From Acidobacteriota bacterium (GTDB lineage Bacteria > Acidobacteriota > UBA4820 > DSQY01), in contig JBMFSH010000003.1 of assembly GCA_049967655.1 (NCBI GenBank), forward strand, positions 1 to 64,000: a stretch of 64,000 nt of DNA. The letters are read 5' to 3'. The notes under the pieces are model-generated. The model did not search any database and was not told where the DNA came from. It saw only the letters and a list, made by a program, of their open reading frames with translations. Positions within the stretch are counted from its first letter, which is position 1, and each line of letters begins with the position of its first letter. Positions 18,451 to 27,385 of this stretch are shown here, piece by piece. Made by a program: the position numbers and the translations under genes.

Positions 18451-20349
18451 TCACACCGCGAGCCCCGCCTCGTAGCCCTCGCGAACGGCGCTCTCGACGT
18501 CTCGGGGCGCTTGGGCGTCGCCCACCACGTGGACCTCCGGGACCAGCGCCCGGAGAGATTCGGGCAGGGGTTCGGGCCGCAGTCCGGCGGCCAGGAGCAC
18601 CGCCTCCACCGGCTCCAGGCTCCTGGGCCCGTCCGGCGTGCGCACTTCCAGGGCATCCTTACCGATCCGGAGGACCGTCGTGGAGGTGAGCAGCGTGAGA
18701 CGGGAGAGGGCCTTCAGCCGGTTGAAGAGCAGGGCCTTGCCCACGGCCTCCATGCCGCCGCCCATTTCTGGGAGCATCTCCACCACCACCACCTCGCGGC
18801 CCTCCAGGGCCAGCTTCTCCGCCGCCTCCACGCCGACGAGGCCGCCGCCCAGGACGAGGACCCTCCGGCCAGGCAGCTCGCGGCCGCCCAGGTAGTACTC
18901 CTTCGAGGTGAGCACGGGCACCGTCTCCAGCCCGTCGATGGGCGGCCGGACCGCCTCGGCCCCCACGGCCCAGAGGAGGACCTCGGGGCGGACCTTCGCG
19001 AGGAAGGCCTCGTCCACCGTCTGGTTGAAGAGGAGGGGGATCTCCTGGAGCCGAACCGCCGCGAGAAGACCGTGTAGGGGGCGCTCCATGGACTCCTTGC
19101 CGGGAGAGAGGGGCGCGGCGCGGAAGGTGCCGCCCGCCGCCGGCCCGGCCTCGGCCACGATGACGCCGTGGCCGCGCTCCCAGAGCGCGAGCGCCGCGGA
19201 GAGGCCCGCCGGTCCCGCTCCCGCCACCAGCGTCCGTCGGCGCTGCGCGGCGGGAACCACGGGAGCTCGACCCACGGCGGGGTTCACGATGCAGGAGAGG
19301 CCTTCCCCCTTGGCCACCTTGGCGAGGCATCCCTGAAGGCAGGAACCGCAGGCCACCACCGCGTCGAAGGCACCGGCCTGCCACTTGGCGGGCAGCCCGG
19401 GGTCGGCCACGAGGGGCCGCCCGAGGGCGACGGCGTCGGCCAGCCCCTCCTCGACGATCCGGCTGGCCCTTTGGAAGTCGCCCATGCGTCCGGCGGCGAT
19501 CAGGGGCAAGGGGGTCAGGTCCCGTATGGTCCTCAGTGCCGCCTCCTGCGGCGCGAAGGGGAGCGAGCCGTGGTGGTAGTACCAGGGCGGGTTGGCGCAG
19601 GCGTCGCCCATGCCCACGTGGATGGCCGCCACGCGGTGGGCGCGGGCCATCTCCAGGAGCATCCGGAGGCGCTCCGTCTGCCCCAGATCGTCAGGGTCGC
19701 CGAGGGTCACGCGGAGGCTTGCGGGAAGGGCGCAGGCGCCCGATACGGCTTCCAGCACCCTCCGCGCGAAGAGCAGGGGCTCCCGGCCAAAGGCATCGCT
19801 CCGCCGGTTCACGGAGGGTTCGAGAAACTGCTGCACGAGGTAGCCGTGCCCCGCCTGGATCTCGATCCAGTCGAAGCCCGCGGCCTGGGCCACGGCGGCG
19901 GCCTGGCCGAAGGCGGCGACGATGCCTTCGATCTCCTCGGGGAGAAGCTCTCGGGCCTGGGTTCCCCTGGCCGGGCAGGCGCAGGCCGACGGGGCGACGG
20001 GCTCCGTGCCGCTGGCCTTGGGGTTGGCGGCTCTGCCGGCGTGGTTGAGATTGAGCGCTGCCTTGGCGCCCCCATCGTGCAGCACCCGCACGATCTGGGC
20101 GAGATCGGTCGCCGAGTCGGGGAGAGTGACGGCGAGCTGTTTGGGGTGCTCGCGCCCCTCCCAGCGCACGGGAACCGGCTCGATGATCACCAGACCCGCG
20201 CCGCCCATGGCGATCCGCCGGTAGAAGTGGAGGTGCCTCTCGGTGACGCGGCCTTCGGGTGTTCCGAAGGCGGTCTTAATGGGAGCCATCCAGAGGCGGT
20301 TCCGCAAGGGGAGAGAGTCCAGCGTCCAGGGATCGAGTAGGGTGGTCAT
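18451..20349 (-). CDS. NADH:flavin oxidoreductase (OYE / 2,4-dienoyl-CoA reductase-like; FMN, 4Fe-4S, FAD)
   Basis: LRNRLWMAP, LNHAGR, EIQAGHGYL, CGSCLQGC..CIVNP, GAGPAG, GGGLVG. Confidence 0.9.
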   Translation of the reverse strand: MTTLLDPWTLDSLPLRNRLWMAPIKTAFGTPEGRVTERHLHFYRRIAMGGAGLVIIEPVPVRWEGREHPKQLAVTLPDSATDLAQIVRVLHDGGAKAALNLNHAGRAANPKASGTEPVAPSACACPARGTQARELLPEEIEGIVAAFGQAAAVAQAAGFDWIEIQAGHGYLVQQFLEPSVNRRSDAFGREPLLFARRVLEAVSGACALPASLRVTLGDPDDLGQTERLRMLLEMARAHRVAAIHVGMGDACANPPWYYHHGSLPFAPQEAALRTIRDLTPLPLIAAGRMGDFQRASRIVEEGLADAVALGRPLVADPGLPAKWQAGAFDAVVACGSCLQGCLAKVAKGEGLSCIVNPAVGRAPVVPAAQRRRTLVAGAGPAGLSAALALWERGHGVIVAEAGPAAGGTFRAAPLSPGKESMERPLHGLLAAVRLQEIPLLFNQTVDEAFLAKVRPEVLLWAVGAEAVRPPIDGLETVPVLTSKEYYLGGRELPGRRVLVLGGGLVGVEAAEKLALEGREVVVVEMLPEMGGGMEAVGKALLFNRLKALSRLTLLTSTTVLRIGKDALEVRTPDGPRSLEPVEAVLLAAGLRPEPLPESLRALVPEVHVVGDAQAPRDVESAVREGYEAGLAV

Positions 20350-20434
20350 GATCCGCTCCTTTTGCCGCCGGGCTTCGCGGGGTCCCCTTGGGCGGCTCTT
20401 CTCCCAGCACCAGCAGACGGCGCCTGGCGAAGCG

Positions 20435-21064
20435 TCATTTTCTGCACACCATCACCTTGGACCGCCCCGTGGGAGAGAGGAGCTTTTCGACTTCGGCGAA
20501 ATGGCTCTCCAGAATGGCGCGCTCCTGACGCAGGAATCCTCTGACGCGGCCGGCTCCGGCCACCGTCAGGCGGATGTAAAAGAGGAGGCGCGCCAGCGGG
20601 CTCCGGGGAAGGTCGTGTTCCATCATCAGAAAGAGTCCATGGGGCTTGAGCACCCTCTTGATCTCGCGGAGGGCCTCCTCGCGGGCCTGGCCCTTGAGCT
20701 CGTAGAAAGCGTGGGAGCAGGTGACGGCGCCGAAAGCGGCGTCGGCAAAGGGGAGCTTCTCGGCCGCCGCCTGAACCAGGAGGACGTTGGGTCGTCCGGC
20801 GGCCTTGCGGGCGGCCTGCCGCAGCATTCCCATCGAGAAGTCCAGCGCCGACACCTTTCCCGTCGGTCCCACCTTCTCGGCGAGGTAGGGGAGCAGCGCC
20901 CCCGTCCCCGTGCAGAGATCCAGCACGGAGCCTCCTTCCCCCAGCGGAAGCAGACCCGCCAGAAACTCGCGGACGCGCCGCTGGCCGTCGCCCGAATGGA
21001 GCGCCACGAAGCGATCGTAACCGCGCGAGAAGAGATCGTAGTAGAGCTGACGGACGCTCCGCAT
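20435..21064 (-). CDS. UbiE/MenG-like class I methyltransferase
   Basis: VLDLCTGTG, LDFSMGML, AEKLPFADAAF, RVLKPHG. Confidence 0.85.
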   Translation of the reverse strand: MRSVRQLYYDLFSRGYDRFVALHSGDGQRRVREFLAGLLPLGEGGSVLDLCTGTGALLPYLAEKVGPTGKVSALDFSMGMLRQAARKAAGRPNVLLVQAAAEKLPFADAAFGAVTCSHAFYELKGQAREEALREIKRVLKPHGLFLMMEHDLPRSPLARLLFYIRLTVAGAGRVRGFLRQERAILESHFAEVEKLLSPTGRSKVMVCRK

Positions 21065-21098
21065 GGGACCTGGCTCCGTGGGCCAAGGATCGGCCGCG

Positions 21099-21608
21099 CT
21101 ATTTCTTGGCCGCTGGCTGCTCGGTGCCTTGAAGCAGGGAATGGTGCAGGTCGGCGAGCAGGCTCCTGGCCTGTTGGTCCACCGACTCCACGAGCCACGG
21201 GTCCATTTTCGCCGTGCCGTCGGCCTTTAGGTAGTATTCCAGAGGCCGTTGGACGCTGCCGTCGAAGACGTAGAGAGCGCCCACGGTGGAGCAGAGCCTG
21301 GGTCCCTGGGCCTCGAAGGCCAGGGTATAGAAGACCGTATAAGGCATGCCTGCGTGGGGGACCTGGAAGGAGTCGCCCACCATGATGCAGTGGGGCTGTT
21401 CCCCCTTCTGAATGTCGGCCGGCGTGTTTGCGCGCTGAGCGAGCCAGAGGCGGGCGCGCCGCATGAGCTCGGAAGGCGCCGCCCCAGAGATCTCGACCGT
21501 ATCCATGTACTGCACGCGGCCCGCCTTGTTTCTCGGCAAAGTTAGTGGAGTGGCGGCCAAGAGCGCCACCGTCAGCAAACTGAAAAAGATGATCCATCGC
21601 GCTTTCAT
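21099..21608 (-). CDS. Exported hypothetical protein
   Basis: Signal peptide MKARWIIFFSLLTVALLA; RBS aaggag; in operon orientation. Confidence 0.65.
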   Translation of the reverse strand: MKARWIIFFSLLTVALLAATPLTLPRNKAGRVQYMDTVEISGAAPSELMRRARLWLAQRANTPADIQKGEQPHCIMVGDSFQVPHAGMPYTVFYTLAFEAQGPRLCSTVGALYVFDGSVQRPLEYYLKADGTAKMDPWLVESVDQQARSLLADLHHSLLQGTEQPAAKK

Positions 21609-21832
21609 CGTCAGCTCCTTGAACGACGACGGCTCCCTTCTCGCCCCGAATGGTAAGAAGCACGGCCGAGGTCTTCTCATCTCCATCCGGCCCTAGCGAC
21701 GACCGGCGGGAGAGCGAAGGAGGTAGATGACCTGCCGGCAATATCCGTGTTGGACCGGCGCTCCGTCCTTCGCCCTCCGACGCTCCCCTCCGGATCCCCG
21801 AGGGGGCTATCTCCTTTCCCTTCGCCAGGCAG

Positions 21833-22102
21833 TTAAGGCGTGCCGGAAGAGTCTTTGGAAATCCGCTCTTCGAGAGTCTGAATCCTGCGTTGCAGCGACT
21901 CCAGAAGCTCGCCAAGGCCACTTCCGCGGGCCTGCACGGCGGAGTATCGCACCGATCGCTCCGCGACCGACCCATCCCGGGAACCACCCCAGCAGTGGCC
22001 AAAGCCGCCGCCCCAAGGTTGCCCGCCCTGGCCCACGCCTCGAGGATCCACCTCCTGCGCGGCCGAACGCCCACCGCGACCGAATCTTCCATTGCCGTTC
22101 AT
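21833..22102 (-). CDS. Gly/Arg-rich coiled-coil small protein (DUF5320-like)
   Basis: GRFGRGG..GGGFGHCWG..LESLQRRIQTLEERI; ATGA overlap with DUF134 gene, RBS aaaggagg. Confidence 0.65.
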   Translation of the reverse strand: MNGNGRFGRGGRSAAQEVDPRGVGQGGQPWGGGFGHCWGGSRDGSVAERSVRYSAVQARGSGLGELLESLQRRIQTLEERISKDSSGTP

Positions 22103-22497
22103 GTCGGACCTCCTTTCGCTTCTACGTCGTTGGGCAGATCGCACCGGCACGCCCGCCCCCGCCGTCTGGGACCTCCGTGGACGGGGCAGGCTCCATCGGC
22201 CCTGGGGCTGAAGCGGACGGGCCCCTCGCCGAGGACGACCGCCTTGTTCTCCAGGAGGGCTTCGGCCATCTTGGCGTGCGCCTTTTGAAGGATGCGGCCG
22301 AAAGTCACGCGAGAAATCCCCATCTGTTCCGCAGCCTGCTCCTGGTAGAGCCCCTCCTGATCGGCCAGCCGCAGCGCCTCCACCTCGTCCGGTCCGACGG
22401 CGATGACCTCCAGTTGGTCAAGGGGAATGCCGAGCGGCTTCAGCCCCAGGATGTTGGGTTTCCCTGATACGCGCCGCAGACGGTAGGGTCTAGGCAT
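22099..22497 (-). CDS. DUF134 family HTH protein (putative regulator)
   Basis: MPRP..R, DEVEALRLADQEGLYQEQAAEQMGISRVTFGRIL..A..KMAEAL; C-terminal Cys. Confidence 0.9.
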   Translation of the reverse strand: MPRPYRLRRVSGKPNILGLKPLGIPLDQLEVIAVGPDEVEALRLADQEGLYQEQAAEQMGISRVTFGRILQKAHAKMAEALLENKAVVLGEGPVRFSPRADGACPVHGGPRRRGRACRCDLPNDVEAKGGPT

Positions 22498-22536
22498 GCC
22501 GTTCGCTCCTACGGAGCCCGATGGGCCCCACGAAAC

Positions 22537-22566
22537 GAACATATGTTCTTAACTCGCTTTTGTCAA
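22537..22566 (-). promoter_or_regulatory. sigma70 promoter TTGACA-N17-TATGTT with palindrome GAACATATGTTC over the -10
   Basis: Perfect 12-bp palindrome 22537-22548; tgtcaa 22561-22566. Confidence 0.75.
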
Positions 22567-22624
22567 GTCCACGGCCTCCGTTCCAGTACGCGAACTCGTG
22601 GCCGCGGGCCCGTGCGCTCCAAGG

Positions 22625-22942
22625 CTAGCTGCGATCCTCTCCGAAATAGTCGATGTGACAGCCGCACCCGTCCCACATGCGTTCGTAGGTGGCAAGCCGG
22701 CTCCGAACAAGCTGCTCCGCCGCCTCTTTGGAGGGCATCTGCCGGAGGAGGAGCTGCCGCTCGGGCGTCTCCTCCTGAAAGAGAAAGCGCCGGTTCCAGA
22801 CGAGGAGGCGGATGGGGCCGGCCATGCCCGTGTTCTCCTCCATCACTATTTCACCTTCGCTCAGCAGGTGGGCAAGCTCCTGCTCGCCGATCCGCACGAC
22901 GGGACTGCGGTCGAGTTGGGCCAGGAGTGATTCGTCCGTCAC
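22625..22942 (-). CDS. Hypothetical protein with C-terminal WDGCGC motif
   Basis: RBS gaggag plus GTG; 10 nt after the cNMP gene stop. Confidence 0.7.
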   Translation of the reverse strand: MTDESLLAQLDRSPVVRIGEQELAHLLSEGEIVMEENTGMAGPIRLLVWNRRFLFQEETPERQLLLRQMPSKEAAEQLVRSRLATYERMWDGCGCHIDYFGEDRS

Positions 22943-22952
22943 GGCGGTCTCC

Positions 22953-23417
22953 TCAGGAATTGCTCAGGGGAAGGGAGTTCACCACGCTCTGCAGCCGGGT
23001 GATGGCTTCAATGTAACGCCGAAAGTAGACGCTGGAAATGTAGCGCTGAACGGCGTAACCCAAGATCAGATCCTCGTCGAGAATTCTCTTGAGCGTCTCG
23101 GTGCGGATCCGCAGGAGCTTGCTTTTCTGGACGCAGACCGCGTGGAGAGCGTAAGTCGTCCTGTCCAAGCAGAGGCAGGTTCCGAAGACTTCGCCTGGCA
23201 GGACGTCGTCCACGTGAAGGGTAAAACCGGCGGTGGCGCTCCGGAGCGCGATCTGTCCCTCCCTGACGAGGAAGAAGAATTCGGCGGGCTCTCCCGCTTG
23301 GTACACCGGCGTCCCAGCCTCGAGAACCAGCTCCTCGGTGGCGTTGCTGATCTTTTCCACCTGCTTCGGCTGCAGCATCTGGAAAAGGCTATGCCCCCGT
23401 AGTTGCGATCGTTCCAT
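22953..23417 (-). CDS. Stand-alone cyclic-nucleotide-binding (Crp-type) domain protein
   Basis: LFQML..VYQAGEPAEFFFLVREG..PGEVFG; no HTH domain. Confidence 0.8.
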   Translation of the reverse strand: MERSQLRGHSLFQMLQPKQVEKISNATEELVLEAGTPVYQAGEPAEFFFLVREGQIALRSATAGFTLHVDDVLPGEVFGTCLCLDRTTYALHAVCVQKSKLLRIRTETLKRILDEDLILGYAVQRYISSVYFRRYIEAITRLQSVVNSLPLSNS

Positions 23418-23581
23418 GGTTACCTCCTGTCAGAACAATCGTCACTTTCACCTTTGCGCCTTCGGGCTACCACCTGCCCGCTGGACGGATCCGCCGTTCG
23501 AGACCATCACCCCCGGGCGCCGTGAAGCGCTGGCCGATGGCTCACTCCTCCTTTCCGCAGGGCCTGGCAGGGGGCCTATCG

Positions 23582-24025
23582 TCAGTCGTACGCCTCCATG
23601 ACGCTCATGGCCTCATGGAGGAGCGGACCCACCAACTCCTCCATGCGTGCCCGTTCCCAGAAGGGGAGCTTTCGATGAACCTCGAAATACTTCTTGGGGA
23701 CGGGGTGGGTGCCGATCACCACGGGCATCCCGAAGCGGGTTTCGATGTAGGACTTGAAGTCGTTCAGGTAGGGGCATGGTGGATAGCCGACCACGAGGCC
23801 CGTGGCGAGGTGGATCACCTCGGCGCCGTTCCGTTTCATCTCTTCGGGTGCCGATTCCACGTTGCCGCCTGGACAACCCCCACAGGACGAATAACCCACG
23901 ATTTCAACGGACTCGGCCGCCGGGTAGCGCGAAAAGGCCCCCGCGCGCTCGCGCAAGGCGCGAAAGCACTTGCCGCCCCCACAGCTTCGGTAGCGATCGC
24001 AGATGAGAATACCGATCCTTTTCAC
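23582..24025 (-). CDS. CGGC domain protein
   Basis: RIGILICDRYRSCGGGKC..SCGGCPG..YPPCP..VIGTHP; GTGA overlap with thi4. Confidence 0.9.
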   Translation of the reverse strand: MKRIGILICDRYRSCGGGKCFRALRERAGAFSRYPAAESVEIVGYSSCGGCPGGNVESAPEEMKRNGAEVIHLATGLVVGYPPCPYLNDFKSYIETRFGMPVVIGTHPVPKKYFEVHRKLPFWERARMEELVGPLLHEAMSVMEAYD

Positions 24026-24810
24026 GCCCTCTCCTCCTTCTGAGACGCCTCCAGCGCCTGGGTGATCAAGTCGGCGGCCCGCGCGCCCGAGCGGAGCATG
24101 CCCCCGAAGATGGGCCCCATGCGGGGTCCTCCGAGGGCCGAACAGACGCTCATGCCGGCGAGGTAGAGGCCGGGATAAACTTCCCCCGTCCTCTCGACCA
24201 CGAACGCTTCTGCGGCGCGCGCATCCATGGGGCCCTCTCCTTGAGGGCGCCCCGAGAGAGCAAGCAATCCGCGGCGCTGGAGCAGAGCCGCCGCTACGGC
24301 CTCGTGACCCGTGGCGTCCAAAACGGCGCGGGCATCGAGGGTCAGCGGATCCACGGGCAGCCTTTCGCCTACCATGGTTCGGTTCACCACGGCGCCCCTG
24401 ACGGCTCCCCCCTTCACCACGAGATCCTCCAGAAAGGTGAGGTTCAGCAGGAAGGCCCCGGCGCCAACGGCGCGAAAGACCAGCGCGGAGGCCAGCTCGG
24501 CGGCGTGTGAAACGAGGAGCTCCCCTCTCGATGCGGAGTGATAGCGCACCGAAAGCTCTTCCAGCAGGGGGCGCTCCTCGCTCTCCATGACCACCTCGCC
24601 CATCCCCATGCCGCCGCCCCAGAGGCCTCCTCCCGGCGCCAGCCGCTTTTCCAGGATGGCCACCGTGAATCCGCGCTGCGCGAGCTTCCAGGCGCACACG
24701 AGCCCTGACGGCCCGGCGCCGACGATAATCACGTGGCTCTGAAGGCACCGCTCGAACCCCTCAGTGAATCTAGTCAGAATCGTCCTCGATATCTCCGTTT
24801 CGTAGCTCAC
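24022..24810 (-). CDS. thi4: Sulfide-dependent (non-Cys) adenosine diphosphate thiazole synthase
   Basis: IVGAGPSGL, GGGLWGGGM, LPVDP, DATGH, GPRMGPIFGGML.SG. Confidence 0.9.
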   Translation of the reverse strand: MSYETEISRTILTRFTEGFERCLQSHVIIVGAGPSGLVCAWKLAQRGFTVAILEKRLAPGGGLWGGGMGMGEVVMESEERPLLEELSVRYHSASRGELLVSHAAELASALVFRAVGAGAFLLNLTFLEDLVVKGGAVRGAVVNRTMVGERLPVDPLTLDARAVLDATGHEAVAAALLQRRGLLALSGRPQGEGPMDARAAEAFVVERTGEVYPGLYLAGMSVCSALGGPRMGPIFGGMLRSGARAADLITQALEASQKEERA

Positions 24811-24945
24811 GCTCTCGTTCTCCTGAACAGACGGGACACTCCCGCTGAATCGCGTTCGACCGCGGCAGAAATGGTCCCCCCGGGGCAGGCTGGGCGAAAA
24901 TCGGCGCCAGAGGTACCCCAAGCCGACCCTTCAGAGGCTAGTAAT

Positions 24946-24975
24946 GAACATATGTCCTTCTCGATCGCGGGTCAA
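24946..24975 (-). promoter_or_regulatory. sigma70 promoter TTGACC-N17-TATGTT with near-palindrome GAACATATGTCC
   Basis: Same layout as the promoter at 22537-22566. Confidence 0.7.
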
Positions 24976-25063
24976 GCCGAGAGAGGCAGGAAGCGAAACC
25001 CCTGGAGAAAGGAAATTGGGAGAGACCCGTGGCCAGGAAGGTGCCGCGGCTTCCCTCCGCTTC

Positions 25064-26476
25064 TCAAGGTGGCCCCTTGGAGGCTCTCGCCCGCTTGGAG
25101 CGGCCGTCGCCGTCGGGCAGATCGAGGTGCAGGCGCTTCATCTTTCGGTGGAGGGTCGTTTTGTGAATGCCAAGCGCCGCCGCCGCCTGGGTGCGGCTCC
25201 AGCCGCAGCGGGCCAGGGTCTCCTTGAGAATCCGGGCCTCCGCCTGCTCGAAGGAGGGGGGCTGAGGCTCCACGGCCGAAAGGCGCTCGCGGAACCACTC
25301 GGGCAAATCCCGGCCCTCGATGAGCGGCCCGGAACAGAAAAGGCAGGCGTACTCCAGGATGTTCTCCAGCTCTCGAACATTGCCGGGAAAGTCGTAGCGC
25401 ATGAGGAGGGCCAGTGCGTCTGGGGAGAGTCCGTCTATCCGCTTGCCCTTCTTGGCCGCCGTCCGGCGCACGAAGCGCTCGGCGATGAGGGCCGCGTCGG
25501 CCGGGCGGGCGCGCAAGGGCGGCATGGTGATGCGGATGACGTTGATGCGGTAGAAGAGGTCCTCGCGAAAGGAACCCTCTTCGACGAGCTTGGCCAGCTC
25601 CTTGTTGGTGGCCGCCACGATCCGGACGTCCGCCGGCTGGGTGGTGGTTCCACCGAGAGGCTCGTACACCTTCTCGTGCAGCAACCGAAGCATCTTGACC
25701 TGGACGGGGAGGGGCATGTCCCCGATCTCGTCGAGAAAGAGCGTTCCGCGGTCCGCCAGAGCCACGCGCCCGGGCTTGTCTTTCGTGGCACCCGTGAAGG
25801 CTCCCGCCTTGTAGCCGAAGAGCTCCGACTCGAAAAGGGTGTCGGGGAGCGCGCCGCAGTTCACCGTGACGAAGGGGCCCTCCTTCCGCGAGCTCAACAG
25901 GTGTATCGCCCGCGCGGCGAGCCCCTTGCCGGTGCCCGACTCGCCCTCGATGAGCACCGTGCTGTCCGAGGCGGCGATGGTAGGAAGCAGTTCGAGCGTC
26001 CTCTTGAGGGAGGGATCGGTGGTGACGATGGTGGTGAGGGGGTCGAGGGCCTCGACCTGGTGGAGCAGGGCCTGGACCTTGTTGAGGTCCCGGAAGGTTT
26101 CGACGCCGCCCATGATCCTCCCTTGGCCGTCCCTCAGTACGGCCGTGGAGATGGCGGCGGGGATGGGCCTCCCCTGGACATCGCGCAGGGTGACCGCCAA
26201 GTTAAGGACGGGTATGCCCGTTTCCATGGTGTACCGGAGGGGACAGGCGCCCTTGCAGACGTCGGCCCTCAGAACCTCATGGCAGGGGCGGCCTAGGGCC
26301 TGCTCGCGCGGAATACCGATGCTCTCGGAGGCGGCCCGGTTGAAGCAGGTGAGGCGCCACTCCCGGTCCACGGCGAAGACGCCGTCCGCGATGCTGTTGA
26401 GCACGAGCTGAAAACGCTCGGAGGCGCGCTCGGAACCGAGGCAGTCGGCCACCGGCCCCATCGGAGTTTTCGCCAT
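25064..26476 (-). CDS. PAS-domain sigma54-dependent activator (OrpR-like, C-x8-C-x3-C)
   Basis: PAS with [45 protein letters not shown], Fis-type HTH. Confidence 0.92.
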   Translation of the reverse strand: MAKTPMGPVADCLGSERASERFQLVLNSIADGVFAVDREWRLTCFNRAASESIGIPREQALGRPCHEVLRADVCKGACPLRYTMETGIPVLNLAVTLRDVQGRPIPAAISTAVLRDGQGRIMGGVETFRDLNKVQALLHQVEALDPLTTIVTTDPSLKRTLELLPTIAASDSTVLIEGESGTGKGLAARAIHLLSSRKEGPFVTVNCGALPDTLFESELFGYKAGAFTGATKDKPGRVALADRGTLFLDEIGDMPLPVQVKMLRLLHEKVYEPLGGTTTQPADVRIVAATNKELAKLVEEGSFREDLFYRINVIRITMPPLRARPADAALIAERFVRRTAAKKGKRIDGLSPDALALLMRYDFPGNVRELENILEYACLFCSGPLIEGRDLPEWFRERLSAVEPQPPSFEQAEARILKETLARCGWSRTQAAAALGIHKTTLHRKMKRLHLDLPDGDGRSKRARASKGPP

Positions 26477-26557
26477 GGTGAACTCCTTCCAGGGGAGGCT
26501 CGACCGGGTAAAGCCCGCGGGGTGGGTCCGCGCAGGTCTCTCCCCAGAGTCTTAAGG

Positions 26558-26606
26558 GTAGCAGCGGCGCTACTCTATGCCTGTAATAGAGTAGCATCTT
26601 CGCACC
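26558..26606. promoter_or_regulatory. Putative enhancer (UAS): GTAGC-N6-GCTAC and GTAGC-N6-GCACC, 33 bp apart
   Basis: Sites at 26558-26573 and 26591-26606; also a perfect IR gctactctat/atagagtagc. Confidence 0.55.
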
Positions 26607-26807
26607 CATATTGCCACCCTTGAAAACAGGCAGCCCCCGGCGAAGGAAGGGGCCGCTCTCTGAGGCCGAAAGGGTTGAGGGCTGGCCTTGGCCGTCTCGA
26701 AACGGCCGCTGCCGCCGTGCGTCCACGCTTCGCCGCTTCCCATGCCGAACCGTGTTTAGCCGCGCGGCACCGGCCCCTTGATTGAGGAACGAGGGGCGCC
26801 ATGGGAC

Positions 26808-26824
26808 TTGGCACTAAAACTGCT
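26808..26824 (+). promoter_or_regulatory. sigma54 (-24/-12) promoter
   Basis: TTGGCACTAAAACTGCT = GG-N10-GC, about 30 nt before the ATG at 26857. Confidence 0.8.
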
Positions 26825-26856
26825 ATGAGAGGACCGCGTGGTGAAGGAGGTGAACC

Positions 26857-27060
26857 ATGGCGAGCGGAGAGAAGAAACGGGAAGAGACGTCCGAACGGGA
26901 GGTTACTCAGGCCCCCCACGTGGCAGCCCGTCCCATGAAGGTCGTCATGGACGAGAAGGGTTGCCCTTGGCTCTGCGACGCCGACGCCAACCCGCACGAG
27001 AACTTGGCATCCCAGGGTTGTTGGCGTTGCAGCGAAGTGGCGTTCACCAGGAATGACTAG
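26857..27060 (+). CDS. Small 4-Cys protein (C-x3-C ... C-x2-C)
   Basis: Strong RBS aaggaggtg; GCPWLCD..QGCWRCSE..FTRND. Confidence 0.75.
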   Translation: MASGEKKREETSEREVTQAPHVAARPMKVVMDEKGCPWLCDADANPHENLASQGCWRCSEVAFTRND

Positions 27061-27068
27061 GCGGGCGA

Positions 27069-27113
27069 GGGCGGAGGAGATGGCGAGGCCGCTCCTCCGC
27101 CCCCCCTTTTTTT
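27069..27113 (+). terminator. Intrinsic terminator-like hairpin between the small Cys gene and tusA
   Basis: gggcggaggag / ctcctccgccc 11-bp stem followed by cccc and T7. Confidence 0.65.
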
Positions 27114-27130
27114 GTCCGAAGGAGACCGTT

Positions 27131-27385
27131 ATGACACCCGAAGAGCTGAAAGCGTTGTCCGTCGCCAAACAGGTCGATGCCCGAGGAACCGCTTGCCCGG
27201 GGCCGCTGCTGGAGGCCAAGCGGGCCATGGCGGCCGTGCCCCTCAAGGGGATTCTCGAAGTGCTCTCGTCCGACGAGGGGACCAACCAGGACATCCCTCT
27301 CTGGTCCAAGAAGGTGGGCCACGAGTACCTCGGCAACATCGAAGAGGCCGGCTACTGGCGCGTCTTCGTCCGGAGAATGAAGTGA
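27131..27385 (+). CDS. tusA: TusA family sulfur carrier
   Basis: VDARGTACPGPLLEAK..LEVLSSD..DIPLW..GH. Confidence 0.92.
   Translation: MTPEELKALSVAKQVDARGTACPGPLLEAKRAMAAVPLKGILEVLSSDEGTNQDIPLWSKKVGHEYLGNIEEAGYWRVFVRRMK

Noticed and set aside
24811..24945. TPP riboswitch before thi4
   Set aside because: Conserved CUGAGA and ACCUGAU elements not found by eye; an Rfam scan would be decisive
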